64,000 nucleotides of DNA from Salpingoeca rosetta (Eukaryota > Protista > Choanoflagellata): assembly GCA_033442325.1 (NCBI GenBank), contig JAWQFM010000003.1, forward strand, positions 643,825 through 707,824. The letters run 5' to 3'. This document shows, one piece after another, positions 14,247 through 28,004 of the stretch (its first letter is position 1; the number at the start of each line of letters is the position of its first letter). The translations under genes were made by a program, and so were the position numbers. The notes beneath the pieces are model-generated. The model was not told where the DNA came from. It saw only the letters and a list, made by a program, of their open reading frames with translations, and made no database searches.

Positions 14247-14789
14247 ATGCCAAAGGAAGGTGGTGGAGCGAGCAGGCATGACTACGGCGTGATCCGTGAA
14301 GGACCACAGCCTGCGCTGAAGCAGACCATGTCCGCAGAGGAAGGGTCCTTGCTATCCACTCGTTGGTTGAAATGGACGCGTCGCTTTCAAGTCGCAGCCA
14401 TGCTCGGTGAGTTCGATGTCTGTTTCTGCTGCTTTGCGCGGGCACATGCGTCTGTTCTGCGCGCATGGGGTGTAGTCACTCGTGGTTCTCGTGTGCTGGA
14501 ACATCGTAATGCGCTGTGGTGGTGCACTGTGGCGCGGGAACACGTTATTGTACGTGTCACTGACTGCACCTCGTATTTAGGGCTTATCATGTATCCATGT
14601 ACTCACATGCTCTTACGTCATGTGTGTGTGTGTTGCGTGTGTGCGTGCGTGCGTGCGTGTGTGCGTGCGTGCGTGTGTGCGTGCGTGCGTGTGCGTGCGT
14701 GCGTGTGTGTGTTTGTGTGTGCGTGTGTGTTTGTGCGTGCGTGCGTGTGTGTGTTTGTGTGTGCGTGTGTGTTTGTGCGTGCGTGCGTG

Positions 14790-14837
<48 letters not shown>

Positions 14838-15214
14838 AGGGACAACGGCATACCTTGTGTTCTTCCATGACTTTGGCCAGCAAGACCATTGCTTCAAACC
14901 GGTGCGTGCTTTGCCCCATCTCTGTCCGTGTGCTAGCAGCTACGAACGGGACAAGCACCTCGCTGCTCGTTCACATACCCATGTGCCTTGGTGGTGCATC
15001 GTTTTCACACGCGCGCGCACACACACACACACACATGATGCTGCTGCAGATTCGGAAGTTCGTGAAGGACAAGTATGACAGTTTCTTGACACCCACACCT
15101 GCAGAACTGGCGGAGATTGAGCAACTCAAGCAAACCCAAACAGCGCAGGCAGCAACAGCAACAGCGGCTGCGCAACACGCATCAACACAATCATCAGCCA
15201 CATCACAACAGTAG
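14247..15214 (+). CDS. Small (128 aa) putative single-pass membrane protein, possibly mitochondrial; exons 14247-14406, 14840-14901, 15050-15214
   Basis: Spliced frame MPKEGGG...[12 protein letters not shown]|[20 protein letters not shown]|[16 protein letters not shown]... with GTGAGT and GTGCGT donors and consistent phases. It has one hydrophobic segment followed by a DFG..H.F.P.R motif. Confidence 0.65.
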
Positions 15215-15654
15215 CTACATCCACGTGATGCGCGCGCGTGTGCGAGTTTGTGTTTTTGTATCCGTATGTGTGTCCCTGTTTGTTTGTGTGTGTGTGCATG
15301 TCCCCGTTTGTTTGTGTGAAAGCCTCGCGTGCCTTCATGTCGTTGATTTGTTCGTCCCATCTTTACGGCTCGTCTCCATCATCCTTTCGAGTAATTGTAC
15401 ACAAGCTTGTTTTAGTAGTGCTGCACAGACAACCCTCGCTCGCCCTCTGGCTTGAGTGGCTTGCCTGTTTGCCATCAATACACAGACATTGAACCTTCAC
15501 ACGAAGAGAAGGGAAGAGCGTGTTGAGTCAACTGGGGGAAGGCAGGCGAGCAAGGCAGGAGGCAAGAAAGCACGCAATGGAACACCACGCAGCTATCATC
15601 GACACAACACCACCACCTCAAGCATCACGCACTGCGGCACATGTCCTCCTGCAA

Positions 15655-16901
15655 CTACCCTCCGTACAGCACCGTCGAGTTGCCGTGCGTGACACACAAC
15701 ATGGGCGAACACGTGAAGGGGATATCATTCATGGCTGGCGCTTCTGCCCAGCGTCCACGGCTTTGAAGAAGTACGGTTGGCTCTTGTACAGTGTATCTCC
15801 TTGTGCGTCCTCCAAGAACACGTGTGCAGTCATATCCACACTCCCCTAAAACACAAAACATAAGGCCCGCACATATGAGAAAGCAACGTGTGCGCGATTC
15901 CGTGCAACGCACAAGTCACACTGACACAGACAGACAGACAGACACAGACAGACAGACAGACAGACACACGCACACACACACCCCAGAAACTTGTCATGCC
16001 AACTGACTCTGAACGGAATGTGGAGCTGTGTCTCGAAGAAATGGCTGCTGGTTACATCCATCAGGGCCTCGTGCACAGCTGTTGACAACGACGATGACGA
16101 TGATGACGGTGCTCCTGGTTTGCTGGTGCTGGGCTGCTTTGTTGACTGGCAGGAGACGCGCAGGCGTGCACACGTGATGGCGCTCCCTGCACACAGTAAT
16201 CACGCATGCACAGCAGTGGTCAACAAATCAATTTGGAGGTGGAGGGGAGCATGTGTGGCATGAGCAGCGCCCATGCGTTTTACACGTGTGCACGAAATAA
16301 TGGTCATGTGCATACGTGTGTGTCAGCACAATCACAGCCACAACCATGACAGTCGCCGGGCGTACGTTTCCTGCGGTTGACGGGCGGCGGTCTGAAGACG
16401 CCCTGCATGCGCAGCATGAGGCTGTCGCGGTGGAGCACCCGGATCACGTTGCCCGCGTCGCACCGCGGCGTGAAGTACAACTGGACAGCAGCAGCAGCAG
16501 CAAACAGGCAGTCAATGTGTGTGTGTGTGTGCGTGTGTGGTGAGTTGCGTGAGTGAGTAGCCAACTGCGGCATCAAGGGACTTAAAGGCGTGTCATCATT
16601 ATGTGAGTGAGTGAGTGAGTGAGTGAGTGAGTGAGTGAAAGTTCATCTCCATCCCCACCTCGAGGGAGAGATCTGGCTCTGCGCGGAAGAACGAAGGCGG
16701 GTACGGGAACGGTACACATACGCAGAAGCGAACAATACGTCGCATCGCCTGTGGCGCATTCGAGACGTGGTGGGGGCGGCGAGTGTGGGCAAAATGGTGA
16801 TGTGTGTGTGTGTATGGAAGGGGGGGGCAGTCGAAGGGAAGGCGTGAGGACCTGCGCACGGAAAAGGCACAAGTAGCGGATGCACAACGCACCACAACGG
16901 C

Positions 16902-16970
<69 letters not shown>

Positions 16971-17250
16971 CTGGGGCGGGGAGGCGGTGCAGGGAGGAGA
17001 TGAAGTGTGCAATGGCTGCGGCGGACGGAAGCGGGTGAATGAGGGCGAGGCATCCCTCAAGCGCACGCGCGTCAAAAACACACGTACCGCTGCCGTCACC
17101 GCGCTGACGCCTGCATGCGAGAGGCATAGCACGTGCGGCGGCGATTGGTGAGAACCTTGGTACTGCCGTCCAACAAGGAAGTAATGACTTCACACGCATA
17201 CAAGCAGCCGCCCGTTGTCCACTCCTCATACACGGACACCATTCCAGAAC

Positions 17251-17307
<57 letters not shown>

Positions 17308-20300
17308 GCAGCAGCAGCAGCAGCAGTTAGTGTACGTGCGTACGTTGCGAGGGCGTGAATTGCCATGTCGAGCAAGAGCTTGCTGTAGTGCAGGACGGCC
17401 TGTGATGTCGGATCAAGGTTGAAGGTGGCTTCTGCCAATGCAACCACCTGTCGTCGCAGCTCCTGCGCATCCTCGTCCAGCACGCACAGCTCCTGCTGTG
17501 CAGCGTCTGATATGTTCACACACACACACAGCCACACACCCACCAAGTATGTAGGAGCGAGTGGTGGTGTCACAGAGCAGTGAGAATTGTGCGAAGAGGT
17601 GTACCATGAGCAGCAGTGGAGAGGTGAAGATGAGTTTGGGGCAGTAACAGCAGAACAGCAGCAGTGTTGTGGTCTACCTTCGTGTAGCGTGCACAGCTGT
17701 GATGAAAACTCCAAGAACCCTGTCGCAGACACTCCGTGTGAGTTGCAAGAACACATCACACAAGACGCAGACACAAACAAACAAACCAACAAACAAACAA
17801 ACCAACAAACAAACAAAGAAACAAACAAACAAAGAAACAAACAAACAAAGCGACGCACCTCTGCGAAAGCCGAGGAAGCCGCGGAGAAAAGAGCCCGCAT
17901 GCGGGTGGAGCGCTGTTGGCAAGAGACTGCTGCATGTGTTGAGACGCGTTGCTGCAAGCTGCAGCGATGCCGCCTGCTCCGCCGACACCCGCTGGGCGTG
18001 GGTGCTCGTCGCATTGGCAACCTGGGCCTGTGCTTCGGCTTCAAACACGGCGGAAAGAAACGACAGCCAGCCGTCGTAGGTGGTGTTTGTGTCGCGCACA
18101 CCGCCATCGTCCAAGCTTACCCTCTTGTCAGCGGCAACTTCACGTGCCGCCGTGGTAGCCTCTTTGTTCTCCTGCTGCTGTTGTTGTTCTGGTTGGTCGT
18201 CAACGCCAGCAGCAGCATCGTCGTCGTCGTCGTTGTCATTTTCATCATCGTTGTCATCGCTGTACCTGTTGCAGTGCAGCAAATGCATCCGCACGCGTTG
18301 GAAGAGGGCGTGCGCGGTAGCATGCTGGCCCTGCACCGCTGCTTGTCTCGCGCACACGTACAGGGACCAGGAAGAGTTCAGAACAAAGTGCGGCAATGGT
18401 GGTGGCGGCGAGGGTGCCAATGATGACTGCTGTGATGGCGACACGGTTGACAGGTGTATCGCGGGTGTTTCTGACAGCGACGAAGCAGTTGATGCCACCC
18501 AGGGTGTGGCCACTGTTGCTGCAATTCTGCGTTGTATTCTCTCCTGTAGCTGTGTGAGGGCCGGCGTTGGGTCGTGGTCGCTGCTGGTGCCAGCGCTACA
18601 CAGCACCTTGACAGTTGCCGTTGTGCCCGCGAGCGCATGCACACGGATGAGCGACGAAAGCACGTCACAAGACACCGCCGTCACGCTGTTGTCCTGTCCT
18701 TTGTCATCTGACGGCAGAAGCGCGCTCAGGTGCGTCAGCGTTGCTTGCTCCAAGCGCACGTGAGGCACGCCTGCAGCAAACCGAAGGAGAGACAACCACA
18801 GGGAGGCAAACAGTCGCGTGTGCCGCTGCTGTCGGTGCCGCTGTCGCTCATCCTTGGAATGGCCCCGTCTGCTCGCTCGTGCGTGTTCTGTTGCACTGTG
18901 CACCCGACACGCGTCGCTGAACCACCCAGCGGTGGCGCTGGCCAGAGAGACCAAGTCCACCACACCTGTGCCCTGTGCATCACACATTGCGGTCGCTTGT
19001 GTTGCAGCGGGAGCGGCAGTATCGGTCACATCCTCGCACAGCTGACAAACAACAGCAATGGCGCCCCGAAGCGCTCGCTCCGTCCCTTCCTCATGGTCGT
19101 CGTCCCTGTCACCCATACGGGCATCGTCATTGTCATCGCTGTTGCCGGTGATGTTGCTGTTGCTGTTACAGCTGTTGTTGGTGGTGGTGACACTGCACTG
19201 CCGTTGACGTGTGTACGCACGAATGGCGTCGACAGTGAGCGCTGTGCTCTCGACCGCCAGCTGCTGCAGCTCCAGCCGTGACGGCAGCACCGCACCACCT
19301 CCATTTGCATCTGCACGTGTGTCCATCGCGACGTCATCATCGCCGTCAGCATCAGCATCAGCATCAGCATCAGCATGGCGCAGGTCTTGGAGTTGTGCAA
19401 TGGCGAGCAGCACGCGCGCTGCTGCCAGCGGTGTGTGTACATCAGACGCACACAGGGACATGGCTATGACCTGATCCAATGCGCGCAGCTGTAAGCTGGT
19501 GGGAACGTCAAACGCAGCTGCATTCATCACGTCTGCAAATACATCCAGCGCTGGGCCGGCCCTGCTGCCTCGCATCATCAATGACAAACCTTCACCAGCC
19601 CCTTCATCACCCTCACTACCATCACCCCTATCAGCGCCGTCCCTGCTGCCATCATCATCGCCCACTCGCGGCACAAGGTCGAGCACGCGTGCTGCTGCGT
19701 CCAAGTCAAAGGTGTGGCCCAGCGCAGGCGAAATTCGCTGCAGCGCCCGCAGTGCACGCGCTGCCACCGCTGCCGTGTGGTGGTGGTGGTGGTGGTCGTC
19801 GTCGTCGTTGGAGTCGTCGTCGTTGGAGTGGTGGACATTGTCGTCAGTGTGCTTGCTGCTGCTGGTGCCGTCGTTGGGGCTGCATGCGATCGAGAGGAGG
19901 CGATGGATGTGCGCGTGCGTGTCGTTGCTGGCGCGAAGCACCAGATGCTCAATGGTCGTGAAGAGCGGCTCAATCAGATTCCTTCATTGCAGAGCAAGGG
20001 GGAATATGGATGGTGAGCGACGTGGCACACAAAACAGCGAGCAACATCTAAATTATATGTGGATACAGACACAAAGGCACAAACACAGCTGCGTACACTG
20101 AACTGCTACCTACGGCGAAAAACAACCAACGAACCAACGAACCAACGAACCAACCAAACAAACAAAACAAAGGTGGCAACGGACGTTGGGAGGGCCGAGT
20201 GGATGCAGTGCCAGCAGACGTCGAGGCTGGCGGGGACAAGATCGGCGACAGTTGCGGTGGAGCGAAGCAGAGCCAGTGCCGCAACCCGCACGGCAGGCGT

Positions 20301-21344
20301 TGCACCAAGGTCGTCCATCGTCTCGGCAGCCTGCGCACAGGGAGGAAGACAGTCACAAGAGATGCGTGTGAATCATGTTGAGCAGCAGCGTATGGGGCAC
20401 GGCAAGGGGGTGGGATGCACGTCACACATATAGCGGGCAAGCAAGCTGAATCATGTGTGTCCAGGCATTATGTGGAAGGCGCAGGCAACGTCAGGGGAAG
20501 AGATGAGTGGTGGTTGACATGCCGGAGGGGGTGCACGCACCGCAGCGAACGCCTCTCGACAAAAGTGCGGGCTGTATCGGCAGTAGATGGCGGCTGTCTT
20601 TGCTGCTGCCAGGGCCTCTGTCTCCTCCTCACTGCCGAGTGCACGCGTGATGTGGGCGTGCAGTTCCGTGAACTCCGCAAACTGCGGAGCCAGCAGCGCA
20701 AACAGCCTGCAGCAGCAGACGTGTGGTGGCGGTGGGGGGAAAGAGGAAGACAGCATAGTTGAGAGAGAAAGTGTGTGTGTGCATGCGTTGTACGTGTGTG
20801 TGTGTGTGCGCGCGCAAGTTGTGTGCGTGCATAGATTGACACAAAGGGCGACATTGGTGGTGGCTCATCAGGGTTGTCTGGGTGTTGCTGGATATGAGCG
20901 CAACGAGGGCTGCTGGGTTTGCCATACCGCAGGGTGATGATGCGATCTGTTGTGTCGTTGCTGAGAAACGCGCGCTGCAGCCTGCCAAGCAAGTGTGTGT
21001 GTGTGAAAAGATGAGGTTCGCGATGGCGCGATTGCTGACAAGCGAGCCAGTGCATGGGCCAGTGCACGGGGTGGGATAGCAGAGGTCGAGGGCGAGTGCA
21101 TGCGATGCTTCCTAGCTCAGCACATGCAATGTACAACGACTGACATACCGCTGGAAGATCTCTTTCTTTGATCGGAGATGATCAAAGGCAGCGCGGCAGC
21201 GCTTCAACATCTGATACAGCTCCCACTTGAGGACAACGTCCCCTCTGTCAGCGGCCGGAAAGCACAGAACAACAACACAGAACGGCGACACGCGCAAGAT
21301 GAGAGGAAAGAAAGCTTGTGGCAGCCGCCAAGGCAAGCGCATGC

Positions 21345-21417
<73 letters not shown>

Positions 21418-22168
21418 AGAAGGGTCGAACCACCAATCTACATACAGATACACACGTGAGTGGTGACGGCGTGTGTTTTCACACAGACAATAGGAACTTG
21501 ATCACGGCAGTAACAACTGCGCCTTGCTTACGTGCGAGGGTAAAAGTCGGCGATGCGAAGCATGAAGGTGGTGATGACTGCTGGGGAAGGGTACTCGTTG
21601 ATGATTTGTTGCATGTTGCCCAGCGACTCCAGCTTGGCGAGTGGGCCCGCCCTCGCAAACGCTGTCAAAAAAAAAAAAAGAACCGTGACAAGTGCGCACA
21701 CCGGTGAGGTTGGGTGGGAGGCAATCGGGGTACTTCTGCCAGAGGGAGGGGGGTTAGGGGCAATTGACAGACGCATAGAGCGATCGGAGGAGGGGGTTGG
21801 GGTGGGGGTGGGGGTTCGGCGCAGGCACACACGCAGCAACAAGCAGACATAGTGACAGAGAGAGAGAGGCAGAGAGATAGAGAAGCAGAGAAGCAAAGAG
21901 ACAGAGAAGCAAAGAAGCAAAGAGACAGAGAATCAAAGAGGCAGAGGCAGAGGCACAGACAGACAGACAGACACACACACACACACACACAGACACACAG
22001 ACACACAGACACACAGACACACAGACACACAGACACACAGACACAAGTCAACTCACCCTCCCATTCCGTGGTGATGCGTCGCAGTGCAGTGTGTGGTGCG
22101 CCGGCGAGTGCTGGTGCTGCTGTTGTTGGTGGTCCTTGAGGCTGCTGCCTCACTCTTCGCCCCGCCAT
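15655..22168 (-). CDS. INTS7: Integrator complex subunit 7-like, multi-exon, with low-complexity insertions
   Basis: N-terminal exons IINEYPSPAVITTFMLRIADFY, LQRAFLSNDTTDRIITLR and LHAHITRALGSEEETEALAAAKTAAIY match INTS7 (YPFPILINSAFLKLAD; SNDPVARAITLR; HHSIRQSLDSHDNVEVEAA). C-terminal PYPPSFFR, LMLRMQGVF and HFFETQLHIPF match the INTS7 C-terminal domain. ATG 22168; the stop at 15655 is less certain. Confidence 0.8.
17251..17325. repeat. (AAC)n(AGC)n trinucleotide repeat in an INTS7 intron
   Basis: A compound trinucleotide run is directly visible. Confidence 0.9.
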
Positions 22169-22612
22169 CCTTCTGTCCTTTGCCACTGTCGTTTGTGTCA
22201 GCAGAAAATAGTGCTGATGCGGATGATTGAGCGATGATTTTCGCCAATGCTCATTTCACCCCGCGAACGCCTTTGTGACGGCAGACAGCAGACAGCGAGC
22301 GGAGTGGAGTTTGTGTTGACTGAGCAGCAGCAGCGACAGACAGGAGACAGACAGACAAGCAGACAGGGGAGAGGCAGACGACTGTCGCTGCTACTGCTGC
22401 TGGTTGTAGTTTGTCTTCCTCAACCGCACAGTGGCGCTGTGTTTGCTGGTGGGACGGAAAAGCAAGCACACGTACTTTGCGTTGGACGCTGCGACAGCAT
22501 CAACATCACTAGCACCAGCAACGACAACACCAGATACCAGACAACACAACAGCACCAGGCTCTTCTTGCTTTGATTGATTGATCCCCCCTCTCCTCCCAC
22601 ACGCACACAGCC

Positions 22613-25600
22613 ATGGAGTGGGCTGAAGATCCTCGTGAGTTGCCCGTTTATGATGGGAGTGTTGGGTGGTGTGTTGGGTGGTGTGTTGGGTGTTGGGAGT
22701 GAGTGGGGTGTATTTGCTCGTGTGGTGTGCTGGTGATGATGCGCGTACACTCACACACACACACACATGCACACACGTACACATGCACACACGTACACAT
22801 GTATACACGTACACATGTGCACACACACACATGCACATACGTACACATGTACGCACTCGTACACATGCACACACTCGTACTCATGCACACATGCACACAT
22901 TGTACTGCAACTGCGTTCACATTCGTCGGCATTCATGCAACCACATGTACCCAACCACAAATACACTCACATCATCAACGCATCAGAATATGTCGGAGAC
23001 ATCTCGTCTCAGGAGTGGCCGCAGGGATGCTGGGACGTGATCAACGCATACTTCAACGAGAAAGGTCTTGTGCGGCAGCAGCTTGACTCGTTCGACCACT
23101 TTATCCAGTACGGCATCCAGGACGCCGTGGAGAAGAGCCCTGCTTTGGAGATTGAGGCAAAACCCCAGTACACAACCAACGAGTTTGAAGAGCCGGTGCG
23201 TGCGTGTGTGTATATGTGTGTGTATATGTGTGTGTGTGTATGTGTATATGTGTGTGCGTGTGCGTGTGCGAGGTTTGTGCGTTTGAACAATACATGTGCC
23301 CGTGCTCTTATGCTTGCGTGCATTCGTCTGCACGTCTCTGAGTGCGCCAGCACATCTTTGGTAGTGTGAGATACACACACACACACACACGCACGCACGC
23401 ACGCACACACACACACACGCACAGACACACACGCACGCACGCACGCACAGACACACACGCACGCACGCACGCACAGACACACACGCACACACGTACACTT
23501 GCTCACACTACCTCTCATGGTATTGTTTTTTGTCTCACACACTTTTTTCTTCAACGTGCACCTCTGATGTTAATACCATGCAGCCGAGCTACAGCGTCAA
23601 GTTCTGCGAAGTGTCTCTCAGCAAGCCCACACATTACGAGGAGGTGAGCAAATGTGTCTGCGTGGAACACAGCCTGCTCTCGCGTTGTCTTGTTCTGTGT
23701 GGCCACACTTCAACCCTGCCACCGAAACTATGATGAAGTTTTGTTCTTGGTGCACACCTGGCTCTCAACCTGCGTTGCTTCCACCCATCAGGACGGCACG
23801 AGCCATTTCCTGTACCCCAACGACGCGCGCTTGCGCAACTTGACGTACTGGTCGGAGATGTTTGTCGAGGCCGAGGAGACCTATCGCGAGACACAGGTGC
23901 GCCCGTCACCCTGTGCTGTGCTATTCCGTGCTGTGCCGTGTTGCGTGACGCAATTGCTTTCCACCAACTAGCGGTTCGGCCTTGCACCCTCCCCCCCCAC
24001 ACACACTCTCTCCCTCCTCACTCTTTCCCTCGCTTTCCTCTCCCCACTTCCCCACCACTATGCTTTCTTTCGTGCACGAGCAGGACAGCGAGCCAGAGAC
24101 GACCACGACGTCTGTGCATCTCGGCAAGATCCCGATTATGCTGCGCTCCAAGTTCTGTCTTCTCAACGGCAAGCTAAACGACGACCTGTACAACCTCAAC
24201 GAGTGCCCGCTCGACCCCGGTGGCTACTTCATCATCAACGGCTCAGAGAAGGTGCGCAGACACGAGCACTTGACGGGGGTGGCTGATGGGTGATGGGTGA
24301 TGGCTGGTGGCTGTGCACGTTTGCGTTGTGCACATTGCATGTTGTGTGTGCTTGTCTTGCGATGGCCCTCTCCAACACGCTACCACCGCACGTTTACACC
24401 CCACATTTCCTTCGCTGGTGCGTTTGTCTTCGCTCCCCTCCCCACAGGTGCTGCTGGCACAGGAGAAGATGGCGCCAAACACCGTCTTCGTCTTTGAGAA
24501 GAAGGATCCAAAGTATCTCTTTGTGACGGAAATCAAGTCCGTGCTCGAGCGCAGCCCGCGCCCGCCAAGGTTCGTCTGCCACTTGATCAGTTTTATGTCT
24601 GGGAGTGGAGAGAGACAGAAAGAAAGGAGGAGGGGTGTTGCCATCGTAAAGCACATGTGATGTGCATCTACCTCCAGCTCGCCCACTTTTCCTCGTGCTC
24701 TCGCCTATTTGACTTTGACTGTGTTCTTTTCGCTTGCTTCTGCGCCTCTGAACTTGCTCATCACACACCTCATTTGGGTCTTGGTTCTTCTGACACGCAT
24801 TGTGCCACGATGCACTGCAGTTCGTTGCTTGTGAAACTGCTGCGGGGATCACAGAGCGCTGCCCGGAGCGGCCCCGTAAGTCGACAGCTTTGTGTATTTT
24901 TCCTGTGAACACCCACACACACACACACGCACACGCACACACACACCCAAACACACAAGCAGATACACACACACAAGCATTCACACCCAAACACACACAA
25001 GCATACGCACACAAGCACACACACACACAAGCATACACACAAGCATACACACAAGCATACACACGCATCCAAGTACCGGTATACAGCTCCAGCTGACTGT
25101 CATTCAAACTTCCGTTCCCCCCTTCTCTCTCTGTCTCTGTTTGTCTCTGCGTGTCTGTGCCAGGTGCTGCACGTGACACTGCCGTATGTGCGGCAGGATG
25201 TACCGGTGGTCGTTGTGTTCCGCGCGCTCGGATTTGAGGACGACAGGTCCATTTTGGAGCACATCATCTACGACTTCAATGACATGGAGATGATGGAGAT
25301 GCTCAAGCCGTCGCTGGACGAGGCGTTTGTCATCCAGAACAGGGACGTTGCTCTGGACTGGATTGGCAAGCGCGCTGTGCAGAGCCCGGCCATCTCCAAG
25401 GAGCGCCGTATCCACTACGCAAAGGACATTCTGCAGAAGGAGCTCCTGCCCCACATTGGCCTCGGCCCACACTGCGAGACGAAGAAGGCGTTTTTCCTCG
25501 GCTACATGGTGCACCGCACGCTGCAGGCTGCCCTGCGCCGCCGCCAGCTCGATGACAGAGACCACTATGGCAACAAGCGTCTTGACATGTCTGGCCCGCT

Positions 25601-27930
25601 CACGGGCTTTCTCTTCCGCACTCTTTTCCGCAACGTCACAAAGGAGGTGCGCCTGGTGTGCGTGTGTGTGTATGTGTATGTGTGTGTGTGTGCACGTGTG
25701 CGTGTGTGCGTGCGTGCGTGTGTGTATGTGTGTGTATGTGCGTGCGTGCGTGCGTGTGTATGTGTGTGTATGTGTGCGTGTGTGGGCTTTTCTCTGGGCG
25801 CTTTCATGTCGGTGGTTATTGTCGATGTCTGTCGTCCACAACGGGCGTCAAACAGTTGCTGTACGCACAGGCTTACATGTACACATTTTCCACCTTCTCC
25901 CCCCGCACACACACACACACACACACCTTTTCCCTCGCTTGTCGACTGCAGCTGAGAAGCTACATCCAGAAGAAACTCAACCGGAGCGAGGAGATTAAGC
26001 TCAGTGCCGGCCTCAACGTACGTTGCGTGTATGCCTTACTTGCTTGCACATCTGCATCGCTCGTCACACACACGCACTTCGAGCTCGCATGCCAAAAAAA
26101 GGCCAACGTTTATCTTTCACACACAGACGCGCACACACAGACACTTGCTTCATGTGCTCACATGTTCATGCCTGCGCCCAATGCACACGCGTTTGCTCGA
26201 CCCACACGACAGTCAAAGCAGATTGAGAGTGGGCTTCGGTACTCGTTTGCGACGGGTAACTGGGGCACGCAAGCCAAGGCCTTTGAGGCACGCGCTGGCG
26301 TGTCGCAGGTGCTGAACAGGCTCACGTTTGCCTCCACGCTCTCGCACCTCCGCCGCCTCAACTCGCCCATTGAGCGCACGGGCAAGATTGCCAAGCCACG
26401 GCAGCTGCACAACACCCACTGGGGATACATCTGCCCTGCAGAGACACCGGAGGGCCACGCTGTTGGGCTGGTGAAGAACCTTGCGCTGATGGCGTCGGTG
26501 ACGGTTGGCGGCGACGCAACACCTGTGCTTGAGCTGCTCAACTCCATTGGCATGGAGAGCCTTGATGACCTCGCATCAAGATCCGTCATCAGGGAGTAAG
26601 TCCAATGCAGAATAGGATTGATGAAGGGAGCGGTTGTTTGATTGGTTGGTTGGTTGGGGCAAGAGGGGGGGGAGGCGTGTGCGTCATGTCGTTTCCACTT
26701 TGCCAGCGGTGTGGTTGATGTGATATTTTGACCTGAAGCATTTTCATTTAGAGCACAGCCTTTTGTTCCAACACACACACACACACGTGCATGCACTTGC
26801 TCCGCCCCCCCTTCCGTCTCTCACCACCCTCCCTCCTTCCACCAATCTGTCCCTACGCTGCTTGATGTGGTGATGTGCAGTACGACGAAGATCTTTGTGA
26901 ACGGCGCGTGGGTTGGCATCCACATGGAGCCCGAGGAAGTGGTGCGGAACCTGCACCTCTGCCGCCGCACACAGGCCGACATGATTCAGAGCGAGGTCTC
27001 CATCTTCAGGGACATCCGCGAGCGCGAAATCCACGTCTACTCAGGTCTTCATCCCATGTCTCTCGTCTTGGTGTTGCTGTGTTGGTGTTTGCAGGTGGTT
27101 AAGAGTGCGTCTGTCGCTTTTATATGTTGGTATTTTTGGTGCCCAGTCAGTAATCCTGCGTGTGTGTGTGAACGTGACGGCTGTACGCCAATTACCCCTG
27201 GCATGGACACACGCTCACACGCTCACACGCTCACACGCTCACACGCTCACACGCTCACACGCTCACACGCTCACACGCTCGCGCGCTCACAGACTCTGGG
27301 CGGTTGACGCGGCCGCTGCTGATTGTGGAGAAACCCGAGTTGGATGACACGTTTCACGATGGCACACAGCAGCAGCAGACACTCGCCCTCAAGAAACAGC
27401 ACCTTGAGAAGCTGCAGAGCGTAAGAGTCGCCTCCATCCCTGCCTAACGCCAACGCCGCATTGCATGGAATGTTTGCGTGCATGCGTGCATGAGTGTGCG
27501 TATGTATGTGCCCTTGAGCTGCTTGTTGCTGTCACCTGAATGTATGTTAGCCTGCAAGGGGCCTTTGTTTCCAACAGGGACACCTATGCGAGCGCATCAT
27601 CTCACATTCACACACGCTCTCATGCCAACCACAACGACTTTTTTTTATCGCCAACGGCATGTTACAGGCTGCGATGCAGAATGCGTTTGAGGCGACATAC
27701 TCTTGGAGCGATCTCGTGCGCGAGGGGCTGGTCGAGTACATTGACGTCAACGAAGAAGACACCACCATGATTGCAATGTACGCACCCCGCCCAGTCGCCA
27801 CTTTCTTTCTCTGTGCGCGGTGGTGATGCTGGATTGCCATGCATACCTCGGCCACACTTGCTTTGTTCGGTCCTGCTCAGGCCATCTCTAATCCTTGTTC
27901 GTTTCACACACACACACAACATACACACAC

Positions 27931-27972
<42 letters not shown>

Positions 27973-27973
27973 A

Positions 27974-28004
<31 letters not shown>

